A DNA stretch of 64,000 bases from an uncultured delta proteobacterium (GTDB lineage Bacteria; Myxococcota_A; Polyangia; Fen-1088). This document shows, piece after piece, positions 1 to 8,943 of the stretch. Made by a program: the position numbers and the translations under genes. The stretch lies in NCBI GenBank assembly GCA_963755125.1, contig CAVWIP010000014.1, positions 1-64,000 of the forward strand, read 5' to 3'. Numbering within the stretch: the stretch's first letter is position 1; every line of letters begins with the position of its first letter. The notes beneath the pieces were generated by a model, which did not search any database, was not told the origin of the DNA, and saw only the letters and a program-made list of their open reading frames with translations.

Positions 1-62
1 CCGCCAGTCCGCCCCCCGGGTGAGTGTCCACACTGGCACGCAGGCGGGGCAGACTCCGCTGG

Positions 63-446
63 ATGAGCAAGCAAGGGACCGAGAATCGGGAGCGCGAGTC
101 GACGAGCCTGGCTGACCAGCGGTGGCGAGAGAAGGACGCGGCGAAGGTGCTCGCGGCGTGGGAGGAGAGCGGTTTGTCGCTCTCGAAATTTGCTGACGAG
201 CAAGGAGTGAGCGTTCAGCGCCTGAGTTGGTGGCGCAAGCAACTGGAAGAAAGGGGCCGCGCTGGTGGTCGTCGCCGGAAGCAACGAGCCGCTGGGGTGT
301 CGTTCGTTCCCGCCGTGCTGAGCGCGAGTCCACCCATGGTTGTGTTGCGTTTGCCACGCGGGGTGGCGATCGAGGCGGCCGACCTGACGGCGGTGCCTGC
401 GGCGTGGCTGGCCGCGGCGGTGAAAGCTCTTGAGGGTCAGCGGTGA
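63..446 (+). CDS. tnpA: IS66 accessory protein TnpA (HTH)
   Basis: WEESGLSLSKFADEQGVSVQRLSWWRKQL HTH, then SFVPA and LRLPRGVAIE; overlaps the tnpB start. Start taken at ATG 63. Confidence 0.85.
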   Translation: MSKQGTENRERESTSLADQRWREKDAAKVLAAWEESGLSLSKFADEQGVSVQRLSWWRKQLEERGRAGGRRRKQRAAGVSFVPAVLSASPPMVVLRLPRGVAIEAADLTAVPAAWLAAAVKALEGQR

Positions 447-814
447 TCCTGCTGCCGGGCGCGGTGCGGGTGTACTTCGCGACGGCACCGATGAACCTGC
501 GACGGTCATTTGACGGCCTGTCGAACGAGGTGCGCGCGGTGCTGGGGCGCGACCCACTGAGCGGGCACGTGTTTGTCTTCCTGAACCGACGGAAGACGCA
601 GGTGAAGTTGCTACTGTGGACGCGCGGCGGGTTCACCATCGTACACAAACGGCTGGAACAGGGACGATTCGCATTTCCGCAACAAGTGACCAGCGAGGCG
701 GCGTGCGTGGCGCTCGACGTACACGAGCTGGGCATGCTGCTGGAAGGGATCGACATGAGCCGGGTGCAAATCTCGCGGCGTTGGAAGCCAGCCACGCAGT
801 CGATTGTGGCGTGA
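443..814 (+). CDS. tnpB: IS66 accessory protein TnpB
   Basis: Signature PMNLRRSFDGL...DPLSGHVFVFLNRR...KLLLW...KRLEQGRF. Confidence 0.95.
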   Translation: MILLPGAVRVYFATAPMNLRRSFDGLSNEVRAVLGRDPLSGHVFVFLNRRKTQVKLLLWTRGGFTIVHKRLEQGRFAFPQQVTSEAACVALDVHELGMLLEGIDMSRVQISRRWKPATQSIVA

Positions 815-916
815 ACGGACGACGAGCCGAGTGAGCAGAGATGCGCGAAGAAGAAATCGCGCACAAGCGTCAGAATTTTCTTGCGCACGAAGATCGTGCT
901 CGTGTACAGGAGATAT

Positions 917-2611
917 GTGAGCACGGAACAAGCAGCGACAGCGACGGAGACGAGGACATCGTCGACTGTAGAACTGCGAGGCAATGTACTGGAAGTGCTG
1001 CAGGGGTTGCTGGCCGAGGGACGCAGCAGCGAGGTCGTCGCGCTGTTCATGAAGCTGGTCTCGCGAAACAGTGAGCTTGAGAAGCGACTGGCGCAGGTAC
1101 TGTCGGGCGGGCGAAAGAACGAAGGGGTGTCGAGCGCGCAGCTCAAGCTCTTCCTGGAATCGCTGGAGAAGCTGAGCGACGAGGCAGCGGGCGGGCCAGA
1201 GTCCAAGGCCGCGGACCAGAAGCTGCGTGACAGTTCGGGCGTCGACGAGAAGGAAGAAAGGCAGACGAAGCCGCCGAAGCAGCCGTCGCTGCGCAAGCCG
1301 GCGCCGCCGCATCTGCGCCGCATCGAGAATCTCATCTTGGTGCCGGCCGGGGAGCGGGGCTGCCCGAAATGCGGCAAGGAGCGCGATTGCATCGGGCACG
1401 AGGTGACCGAGGTGATCGAACTGATCCCGGCGGAGGTGGTCGTGAGGGTGGACAAGAAGGAGAAGCTGGCGTGCCGGCCGTGCGACGGGGAGCTGGTGCG
1501 GGCGCCGTCTGGGGACAAGGTGGTCAGCGGCGGGAAGCTGGGGCCGGGCCTGGTTGCGGAATTGCTGGTGGACAAGTACGACGACGGCCTGCCCCTGCAT
1601 CGGCAGAAGCGGCGCTTCGAGCGCATGGGACTGGTGTTGCCGGTATCCACACTGGCGGACCAGGTGACATGGAGCACGGATCTTCTGCGGCCGATCTGGC
1701 GGGCAGCGGTGCAGGCGGTGCTGGCGGCGGGAATCATGCATCTGGACGGGACGGGCCTGCCGGTGCTGGACCGCAGCGCTGTGGGAGGCAAGCATCTGGG
1801 CGCTCTTTGGGGCTACGTGGGTGACACCGACGTGGCGGCGTACCTTTTCGCCTCGACGGGGAAGAAGCAGGGGCAACGCGAAGGCGAGCTTGGCCCCGAG
1901 GACATGCTCAACTTGCGCACGGGCTACACAGTGGCGGACGCATCGAATTTGTTCGACAAGAGCTTCAAGCGAGAGGACCTGGTCGAGTGCGGCTGTAACA
2001 TGCACGCCCGTCGCTATTTCGTGAAGGCGTTGGATGGAGGCGACGCACGCGCGGCGCTGCCCATCGCCGGCTACAAGAAGCTGTACGAGATCGAGGCGGA
2101 AATCCGCGACAAAGACGAGGACGCCAAGCGGGCAGCGCGACAGGCGCGGAGCAAAGAGGTCTTCGACGACATCGTCGCATGGTGCCGGGCCTATCAGCCG
2201 AATGAGCCACCATCGTCGGCGCTGGGCAAAGCGATCCAGTACGCACTGAACCACCGTGAGGCGCTGGGGCGCTTCCTGGAGCACGGAGCGATTCCGATCG
2301 ACAACGGTATTGTGGAGCGGCTGCACGTGCGCGCGGCACTCACCCGAAAGAATTTTCTCTTCGCGGGGTCGGACGCAGGCGGCGAGCGCGCCGCGATCGC
2401 CTACACCATCCTGGGCTGCTGCCGCCTTGCGGACGTCAATCCGGTGGAGTACCTGCGCGACGTGCTGCCACGACTCGCCCGGCGCGTCCGCCTGAGGGAC
2501 CTACCCGACCTGCTGCCCAGCCGCTGGAAGGCCGCCCGTGAAGCCGCTGCTGCCGCGGCGGCCAGCCCGGCGCCCGCCGCCAGCGAGCCCGCCCCGGCCG
2601 TTGCCGGCTGA
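917..2611 (+). CDS. tnpC: IS66 transposase TnpC (DDE)
   Basis: Coiled-coil N-terminus, CPKCG/CRPC Zn finger, LPLHRQ, CNMHARRYF, IDNGIVER, RKNFLFAGS. GTG at 917 follows AGGAGA. Confidence 0.95.
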   Translation: MSTEQAATATETRTSSTVELRGNVLEVLQGLLAEGRSSEVVALFMKLVSRNSELEKRLAQVLSGGRKNEGVSSAQLKLFLESLEKLSDEAAGGPESKAADQKLRDSSGVDEKEERQTKPPKQPSLRKPAPPHLRRIENLILVPAGERGCPKCGKERDCIGHEVTEVIELIPAEVVVRVDKKEKLACRPCDGELVRAPSGDKVVSGGKLGPGLVAELLVDKYDDGLPLHRQKRRFERMGLVLPVSTLADQVTWSTDLLRPIWRAAVQAVLAAGIMHLDGTGLPVLDRSAVGGKHLGALWGYVGDTDVAAYLFASTGKKQGQREGELGPEDMLNLRTGYTVADASNLFDKSFKREDLVECGCNMHARRYFVKALDGGDARAALPIAGYKKLYEIEAEIRDKDEDAKRAARQARSKEVFDDIVAWCRAYQPNEPPSSALGKAIQYALNHREALGRFLEHGAIPIDNGIVERLHVRAALTRKNFLFAGSDAGGERAAIAYTILGCCRLADVNPVEYLRDVLPRLARRVRLRDLPDLLPSRWKAAREAAAAAAASPAPAASEPAPAVAG

Positions 2612-3323
2612 GCCGCACGCAAGACCGGTGCCCACGTGAGCGCTCACCCGGGGGGCGGACTGGCGGACGGACACCACGTTGGGAGCTGCAACCAGATAGC
2701 CGACTACAACGCCGGCGCTCGCAACGTGGGCGAGGTCTGCGTAATCGATGAAGTTCTCGGCGGACGGCCACGGTAGCCAGCACGGGGGCGCGGAGGCGAA
2801 CCATTCACAAGGCGAGATAGCAACGGCGAGCAGTCATATCGCAGCAAGGCATTCGTCTGTCGGCGGGGACGACTCGGCGATGTCAGCTCGGCGCCGTCGA
2901 GAGCTTGCACAACATCGAGAGCAATCCTGGCCAAGCCACAGCTGAAGTGAGCACCTGAACCCCGCTCGCGGGTGTGCCGGAGGCTCAGGATTGGGTCTTG
3001 TGAGGATCGGGATTTCCTTCCTCCCAGGGTCCCCCAAGGGGCCGGATGGCGCCTTCGGCGACGTTCAAAAAAGGAGCGACCCCACCGAATGGGCCGAAGC
3101 CAGAACGGGCACCCCATTGGCCCAAAGATCGCATCCGTCCGGAGGAGCGCGTAGGGCGGGCGACGGGAGGTTGGCGTAGTTCTGGCAGGGCCGCGCGAGC
3201 GCTGGGCGAGGTCTCCAGGATTGGGACTCCCAAATCGTATCAGGTCGCGCCAGGGCGGCGGAGAGTGTCTCTTCCCTTCACCGGCCGCAAAGGTCTATGA
3301 ACGCAGTTCAAAGGAGATCCGCC

Positions 3324-4148
3324 GTGAACCACGTCGTCGTCGACCAGGAACGCTGTCTTCATGATGGCCTTTGCATCTCGTCCTGTCCGGTTTCCGTGCT
3401 TGAGCCGGAGACCACATTCGCTGGCGCCGTGCCCACGTCCAGTCAGGGCGACCGCTGCATTCGCTGCGGTCACTGCGTGTCGATCTGCCGTGCAGGCGCG
3501 CTGGCGCTCACGTTCCTGCCTCGTGGTGACCTGCGGCCGATGAACACCGCGCACACGATCAGCCCCGAGCACGTCGAGCAGTTGTTGCAAGCGCGGCGTT
3601 CGATTCGACGGTATCGGGACAAGCTGGTTCCGCGCGAGATCATTGCGCGTGCGCTGGACAGCGCCCGTTTCGCACCCTCGGGGGTCAATCGTCAGCCCGT
3701 GGCCTGGACCGTGGTGAGCGGCCTTGACGCCGTCCACAGGCTTGCGGCGGGCGTGCTGGAATGGGCACGCATGCTGGTGGAGCAGAAACACCCGTTGGCC
3801 GCGCGTTTCGACTTCGCCCGGTTTCTTGCGAGCTGGGAAAAGGGCGAGGATCTGATTCTGCGGCACGCACCTCACGTGGTGCTGGCCCATTCGCCCACAT
3901 CGGACCCCACTGGCCCGGGCGCGGCCACCATCGCGATGACCTACTTCCAGCTCGCTGCATCGGCGCTGGGCCTGGGCACCTGCTGGGCCGGATATCTACA
4001 GATCGCGCTCAGCATGTCCCCCGCCGTGGTCAAGCTGGCCGGCATCTCCGAGGGGCGCCAAGCCCACGCCGCCACCATGCTCGGCTACGCGAAACACGAG
4101 TACGCAGCCATCCCGCCGCGCAAGACTCTCGACGTCACCTGGATGTAG
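3324..4148 (+). CDS. Nitroreductase family protein with N-terminal 4Fe-4S ferredoxin domain
   Basis: CLHDGLCISSCP and CIRCGHCVSIC clusters, RRSIRRY, APSGVNRQP, LGLGTCWAG. AAGGAG precedes GTG 3324. Confidence 0.92.
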   Translation: MNHVVVDQERCLHDGLCISSCPVSVLEPETTFAGAVPTSSQGDRCIRCGHCVSICRAGALALTFLPRGDLRPMNTAHTISPEHVEQLLQARRSIRRYRDKLVPREIIARALDSARFAPSGVNRQPVAWTVVSGLDAVHRLAAGVLEWARMLVEQKHPLAARFDFARFLASWEKGEDLILRHAPHVVLAHSPTSDPTGPGAATIAMTYFQLAASALGLGTCWAGYLQIALSMSPAVVKLAGISEGRQAHAATMLGYAKHEYAAIPPRKTLDVTWM

Positions 4149-4756
4149 CGGGACCGGCGGACCTTCGGCCTGCATGCGTTGCCGCGAGCGACCGCCTCGC
4201 GGTGGGCGGGCGCGGCTTAGGGGAAGGAAGCCAAGAATGTCGCGCGGCCGACACGAACCGCGTGGATAGCCTCCATCGAACGGGACTAAGATCCTCTTTG
4301 TTTCGGCGAAGGCGCGACAGGGCGAGGGCCGACGACGCGACATCGGGAGGTAGCATGAACACACGCGACAGGATCGAAACTCTGTTGCCAAGAGTGGCCG
4401 AGCGGCTCATTGGTACCAGACGGCGGTCAGGAACGCCGGCCTGCGAAGGCGACGGTCATTGCGTGGTTGTCGGCCAGGCATTTGCACAAATTGCATTTTC
4501 GACATTAGCGAATCCCAGCAGACAGAATTTAGCAATTTATGGGTAAATTCACGGCTAAGCTTTCTACAATTGGCAAATAGCTCAACGACATTTGAAATAA
4601 TTGCAATTGACACCTTGTTCAGTGGCACGAAAAGTAGATTGTAGGTTCGGACCACAAGAACGCTGGGCGGTATGTGTTAGGCACGGCGCTAACTATGCGA
4701 AACCACACGGGAAACAGTCCGTCTGGTTCGGGGTCTTTTTCGCCTAGCGAATTGGG

Positions 4757-5302
4757 TTGGCCTTGGCGATAATTGCCCTCGCCATGCGGAACAATTTGGT
4801 GCTGAGCGTTGCAACGCCTGAGCTTCTTCGGAAGGACGTCTTTGCCTCGATCGCTGCGATTCAGGTGGGACAGAACCTGGGCGCCGTTGGACGGGCATTC
4901 GCGTCGGGCGATGCCAGTGTGCATAGGAAGCTCTTGCGCGAGTCGATCGAGAGGCACGTTCCGACGGAGATCAGGCCGGGCCTTCTGCAGAATCTCACTG
5001 AAGTCCTGGCACCTGGGGGCACGCAACGCACACCCGAGGCGAGCGCTGACTTGAAGGTCAAAGACGTGGCCAAGATGGAGAACGTCACGTCCCCCACGGT
5101 GCGGGGGTGGATCACATCTGGCTCGCTACGCGCCCACCTAGTTGGGCAGGCGGGCAAGCGGCAGTCGTATCGGATCGCGCAGACGGACTACGCGGAGTTC
5201 CGGCGCAGGACGGTAAGCAGGGGCTCGTTGCCAGATCCTTCCGCCGATGCCATGAAGATCCTGGTAGCGAAGCGCGGGGTGGGAGCGCCGCGGAAGGAAT
5301 AG
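4757..5302 (+). CDS. Helix-turn-helix DNA-binding protein (excisionase/MerR-like), possible recombination directionality factor
   Basis: C-terminal LKVKDVAKMENVTSPTVRGWITSGSLRA...YRIAQTDYAEF motif; ends 1 bp before the integrase start. Start codon uncertain. Confidence 0.7.
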   Translation: MALAIIALAMRNNLVLSVATPELLRKDVFASIAAIQVGQNLGAVGRAFASGDASVHRKLLRESIERHVPTEIRPGLLQNLTEVLAPGGTQRTPEASADLKVKDVAKMENVTSPTVRGWITSGSLRAHLVGQAGKRQSYRIAQTDYAEFRRRTVSRGSLPDPSADAMKILVAKRGVGAPRKE

Positions 5303-5303
5303 G

Positions 5304-6839
5304 ATGGCTTCGCTATATTGCCGTCGCGAGCGAATTTGGTTTCGGGTCAAGAGGACCGACGGGACGTGGACGTGCGTGCGGTCTTCGTACGTGAAGGGCC
5401 AGGAGGCCGAGGCACGGAAGGCGTTGGCAAGCGGAGAGGCGATGGCGGCGGCCACGGCAGACCTTTCGGCGATCGTGGGTGGGCCAGTGACTGTCAGGAA
5501 GTATGCTGTCGAGCGGTGGCTACCACGGAGGCGGAAAGGGGGAGTGGTTGACTGGGCAGGCGACGAGGGGAAGCTGCGCGATCACGTGTTCCCCTTCTTG
5601 GGCGACATGGAGTTGAACGCCATCCGGGCGAGGCACATCGCGGAGTTGATGCAGCGTTTGCAACAACGAACGACCCGGAAGATCGGCCGGAAGACTCGGC
5701 AGAACGTCTACGCCCTTCTGAAAGCCCTCTTTCGCGACGCCAAGATCGACGATCTCTTCGTGGGTGAGAACCCCTGCATCCTGCCGCCCGCGGCATTCGG
5801 GGTCGAGCACGAGAAGGATCCGGAATGGCGGACGAAGGCGATCTTCAGCAGGGCAGAGCTCATCGAGTTGATCACGAGTGAAGTGATTCCCGAAGACAGG
5901 CGGGTCTTCTACGCGGTTCAGGGCATTGGTGGGGCTCGGCTCGGTGAAGGCGCCGCCCTTCTAGTGCGCAACATCGATCTGGAGAAGAAGCCACTGGGCT
6001 GCATGATGGTTGCCCGGTCGCACGACAAGAACTGGGCGAAGGGAGGGAGGGCTCGGGAGGTTCCCATTCATCCTGTCCTGCACGAGATGCTGGATCACTG
6101 GATCGCTGTGGGCTGGGAGGCAATGATGGGCCGTCCTCCCCAGCCCGATGACCTCTTGCTGCCGCTTCCGCCCGAAGATGCCGAGAGGCGGCGCATCGTC
6201 CCGACCGGAGAGCCACGACGGAACAAGACCTACTGCTACCATCGGTTCAAGGCGGACCTGATCGCGGTGAAACTCCGCCACCGGCGTGAGCATGACCTGC
6301 GGCGTACCATGGTGTCACTGATGCGGGAGGACGGAGCCCGCAAGGAGATCCTGGTCACGATGACGCACAACCCGCGCAAGGAAACCATCGACCTGTACAC
6401 GACGTTCACCTGGGAGGCGAGGTGCAGGGAGGTCATGAAGCTGAAGTTGGACGTCACGCGCCACGATGGGACATCAGGTCATCACGGGGGCATGGAGCCG
6501 TCTACCTCCACGGCGCTGGTGAAGGCCGATCCCGCAGTAATGCTTGCTACATCGTTTGCTACACGAACAGAAAAACGCGAACACCTGCGGGAAGTTACGC
6601 TGTGGAGGCGCCGGGTACTGCCCCCGGGTCCGAAGGCGCTCTGCTCAAGTCCCTACGTGCGTGTCCGGCGAACTGATTCTCGCTTGCGGGTTGGCCCGCC
6701 GGCCGGGCGTCCCGCAAACCAGCCTTCCCTATGTGTCGCGACCGGGCCGGAAAACTCTGCCCTGCCGCCAAGCCCGCTAAATGGCCACTTCCCTAGGTCG
6801 CAGGCAATCCCTGGAGTCGTGGTCTGGTCCGTTCTTTAG
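5304..6839 (+). CDS. int: Tyrosine recombinase/integrase whose C-terminus reads through the att site into antisense tmRNA
   Basis: Catalytic motifs GARLGE (R), HDLRR (HxxR), MTH and DLYT (Y), plus a core-binding domain LRDHVFPFLGDMELNAIR. No stop codon before the tmRNA 3' end near 6603. Confidence 0.9.
   Translation: MASLYCRRERIWFRVKRTDGTWTCVRSSYVKGQEAEARKALASGEAMAAATADLSAIVGGPVTVRKYAVERWLPRRRKGGVVDWAGDEGKLRDHVFPFLGDMELNAIRARHIAELMQRLQQRTTRKIGRKTRQNVYALLKALFRDAKIDDLFVGENPCILPPAAFGVEHEKDPEWRTKAIFSRAELIELITSEVIPEDRRVFYAVQGIGGARLGEGAALLVRNIDLEKKPLGCMMVARSHDKNWAKGGRAREVPIHPVLHEMLDHWIAVGWEAMMGRPPQPDDLLLPLPPEDAERRRIVPTGEPRRNKTYCYHRFKADLIAVKLRHRREHDLRRTMVSLMREDGARKEILVTMTHNPRKETIDLYTTFTWEARCREVMKLKLDVTRHDGTSGHHGGMEPSTSTALVKADPAVMLATSFATRTEKREHLREVTLWRRRVLPPGPKALCSSPYVRVRRTDSRLRVGPPAGRPANQPSLCVATGPENSALPPSPLNGHFPRSQAIPGVVVWSVL
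6544..6563 (+). repeat. Tandem 8-bp direct repeats (TTGCTACA x2, 12-bp period), candidate integrase arm-type binding sites
   Basis: ttgctaca-tcgt-ttgctaca lies about 40 bp from the tmRNA 3' end. Confidence 0.55.
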
Positions 6840-6957
6840 GCGGCCAGAGCGAACGAGTTGTCGTTCGCGTTTCTTTTTTGCCCGTTTTTACGAGGCCTCG
6901 GGCGTCCTCGGCACGCGATCTGAGTTTTGCTACCTCCGTCGAAACTATTTCGCCCCC
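6603..6957 (-). ncRNA. ssrA: tmRNA (one-piece), tag peptide ANDNSFALAA*
   Basis: 5' GGGGGCG pairs with 3' CGCCUCC-A, including the G3-U wobble of the Ala acceptor stem. 5' region GGGGGCGAAAUAGUUUCGAC. Tag frame at 6868-6836 ends LAA-stop. CCA is not fully encoded. Confidence 0.96.
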
Positions 6958-7044
6958 TTGTGATGTTTGTGCCCCAAGCATAGCGCCTGCCGAGGCTGCA
7001 GGCCACGGTTCGAGCCCGCGGCAATCGGTGATACCCTCGGGGTC

Positions 7045-7794
7045 ATGCTGACCGTGCTGGTCGCGGCAGCGCCTTCGCTGGCGCTTCTCATCTATTTCTA
7101 CCTTCGGGATCGTTACGATCGCGAGCCCATCGCCTGTCTGCTCGTCGCGTACCTGTTGGGTATGTACTCGATGCTGGCGGCGCAAAGCATGGGTGCTGTC
7201 CTCGCGGGCGTCGTATCCGACGAGTGGCTGCACCTGGGCGGCGAGCCGGCGCGTTTCTTTGAAGCCTTCGTGCTCTCGGGCTTGGTTGAAGAGGTTGCCA
7301 AGTGGACCATGCTGATGGCTGCCGTCTATCACTGGCGCGCGTTCGACGAGCCGCTCGACGGACTGGTCTACGGCGTGACCATCGCGCTGGGCTTCGCCAC
7401 GCTGGAGAACTTCTTCTATCTTTCGAGTCACGGCGTAGGCATCGCCTGGCAGCGAGCGGTGTTCGCCGTGCCGGCCCATGCCCTGTTCGGCGGGGCCATG
7501 GGCTACTACGCTGGCCGAATCAAGTTCAGCGCCAAGGCTAGCCGGCGCATTTCAGGCGGTTGGCGCGACCAGATCCTCTGTCTGACCTTGCCTGTGCTTT
7601 TCCATGGCGCCTACAACTTCGCGCTCTTGCACGGCCTCAACTGGTTCATCTGGGCTGCGATCACCGCGCTTTCCCTCGGCTTCTGGGTCTTCGTCTTGCG
7701 GCGAGTTCGCCGCGCCCAGAAAGCATCGCCCTTTCGGCCCAAGACCATGTTGCCTTCCGACTTCCGGGTGCCCCCGCCAGCCCGAAGGGTGTAA
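7045..7794 (+). CDS. PrsW family glutamic-type intramembrane protease
   Basis: DRYDREP, GLVEEVAK, ALGFATLEN, PAHALFG, LFHGAYN motifs; several TM segments. Confidence 0.9.
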   Translation: MLTVLVAAAPSLALLIYFYLRDRYDREPIACLLVAYLLGMYSMLAAQSMGAVLAGVVSDEWLHLGGEPARFFEAFVLSGLVEEVAKWTMLMAAVYHWRAFDEPLDGLVYGVTIALGFATLENFFYLSSHGVGIAWQRAVFAVPAHALFGGAMGYYAGRIKFSAKASRRISGGWRDQILCLTLPVLFHGAYNFALLHGLNWFIWAAITALSLGFWVFVLRRVRRAQKASPFRPKTMLPSDFRVPPPARRV

Positions 7795-7805
7795 AATGGC
7801 GAACC

Positions 7806-8396
7806 ATGCGGAACGACAAGCTGCTGGTTTTAGGAATCGGACTGATTGTGGGTTTCTCGGCTTCGTGCTCGAAGCGCGCCGAAAACAAGGGTTCGCCTTC
7901 TGCGGTGGCGAACGCGTCCACGTCTGATCCAGAATTCGACAAGAAGTGGGCTGCCTTGGCCCAGGCCGGGGCGGACGTCGCGTATATCGAAGACGACCGG
8001 GGCGAAGGCCTGATGGGCAACGTGCGCCGCGCATCCCGCGTGAAGGCCGAACCCCCGCCGGTGCTGACCGGTCCCGCGACGGCTCAGGCGGTCGCGGATT
8101 TGCCCGAACAGCCGGCGGGCGAGGAAGTCCAGCGCATCATCCGGGGCAACCTGATGGCCGTGCGCGGCTGCTACATGAACATGGCGCGCACTGGTCAGGC
8201 TCGGTCGGGCAAGGCTATCGTCAGCTTCTCCATCGGGGCTGATGGCCGCCCAGCCAGCTTGCGCGTGGATGCTCCGGCTTTCACCGACACGCCGTTGCCC
8301 GGTTGCGTGACCGCGCAAATTTCGCGATGGTCGTTCCCCAGGTCGCAGAAGGGCGGCGGCTCGGTCAGCTACCCGTTCGTGTTCGTCGGCGGATAA
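7806..8396 (+). CDS. Lipoprotein with AgmX/PglI-type (TonB-C-like) C-terminal domain
   Basis: Lipobox FSASC; C-terminal IRGNLMAVRGCY...GKAIVSFSIGADGR...CV...RWSFP...VSYPFVF. Confidence 0.75.
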   Translation: MRNDKLLVLGIGLIVGFSASCSKRAENKGSPSAVANASTSDPEFDKKWAALAQAGADVAYIEDDRGEGLMGNVRRASRVKAEPPPVLTGPATAQAVADLPEQPAGEEVQRIIRGNLMAVRGCYMNMARTGQARSGKAIVSFSIGADGRPASLRVDAPAFTDTPLPGCVTAQISRWSFPRSQKGGGSVSYPFVFVGG

Positions 8397-8495
8397 CTGA
8401 AGACCGGGCAGCGGCGATAAACCACCGCCTTCAGGATGGCCTCCGGCCATCCTGGTCCTCCCTCCGCCAACCGCCCTGTCGGGCCCGGGAGAAGT

Positions 8496-8720
8496 CTACT
8501 TCGCCTGGCGGTCTTCCAGATAGAAGACGGTGATGGCGAGGCAGTGGAACGCTTCATCGGAGGACTGGGTCACGATGGTATCGACCACCTGGCACTGGGG
8601 ATGCTCACGAATCCAGCCGGTGACCTTCTCGCCAAGGTTCTCTCGCTCTTGGGCCATCGTGGCCGAGAAAACCTTGACTCCATTGAAGCGTGCCGTCGTG
8701 TGCGTCTGACTTTGGGCCAT
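8496..8720 (-). CDS. Small hypothetical protein (myxobacterial type)
   Basis: Well-formed 74-aa ORF (FNGVKVFSATMAQERENLGEKVTGW...VTQSSDEAFHCLAITVFY) with GAGGAAG upstream; recalled as a conserved myxobacterial family, not verified. Confidence 0.7.
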   Translation of the reverse strand: MAQSQTHTTARFNGVKVFSATMAQERENLGEKVTGWIREHPQCQVVDTIVTQSSDEAFHCLAITVFYLEDRQAK

Positions 8721-8943
8721 CATTCTTATTCTTCCTCTCCGGACTTCTCGGGCAAAAACCAGTACGGGTAAGGCCTGTGCTGGCCTACTGCGGCCCCGGA
8801 GCGCTCCGCATCTTCCCCGTACAGTCTAGTTCACCATATAACAGGGTCTTGGTGCCAGGGACAATCATTACATCACGGCCGGACCTGGCAAGTGCGCGCG
8901 TCCAAAGGATGCTCTGCGCAATCGGGGTGCGAACGCATCGGAA

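Larger units (their letters stand above)
1..2674 (+). mobile_element. IS66-family insertion sequence (left end about 8 bp before the window start)
   Basis: tnpA-tnpB-tnpC gene order. Positions 1-24 (ccgccagtccgccccccgggtgag) are the exact reverse complement of 2643-2666, and the right IR extends to ...ggacggacac at 2674. Confidence 0.93.

Noticed and set aside
2945..3240. Possible riboswitch upstream of the nitroreductase (caggattggg occurs twice)
   Set aside because: No recognisable aptamer consensus could be matched by eye. An Rfam scan is needed.
6566..6572. AACAGAA as the second alphaproteobacterial tmRNA signature
   Set aside because: It lies outside the tmRNA and on the opposite strand, so it is treated as coincidence.
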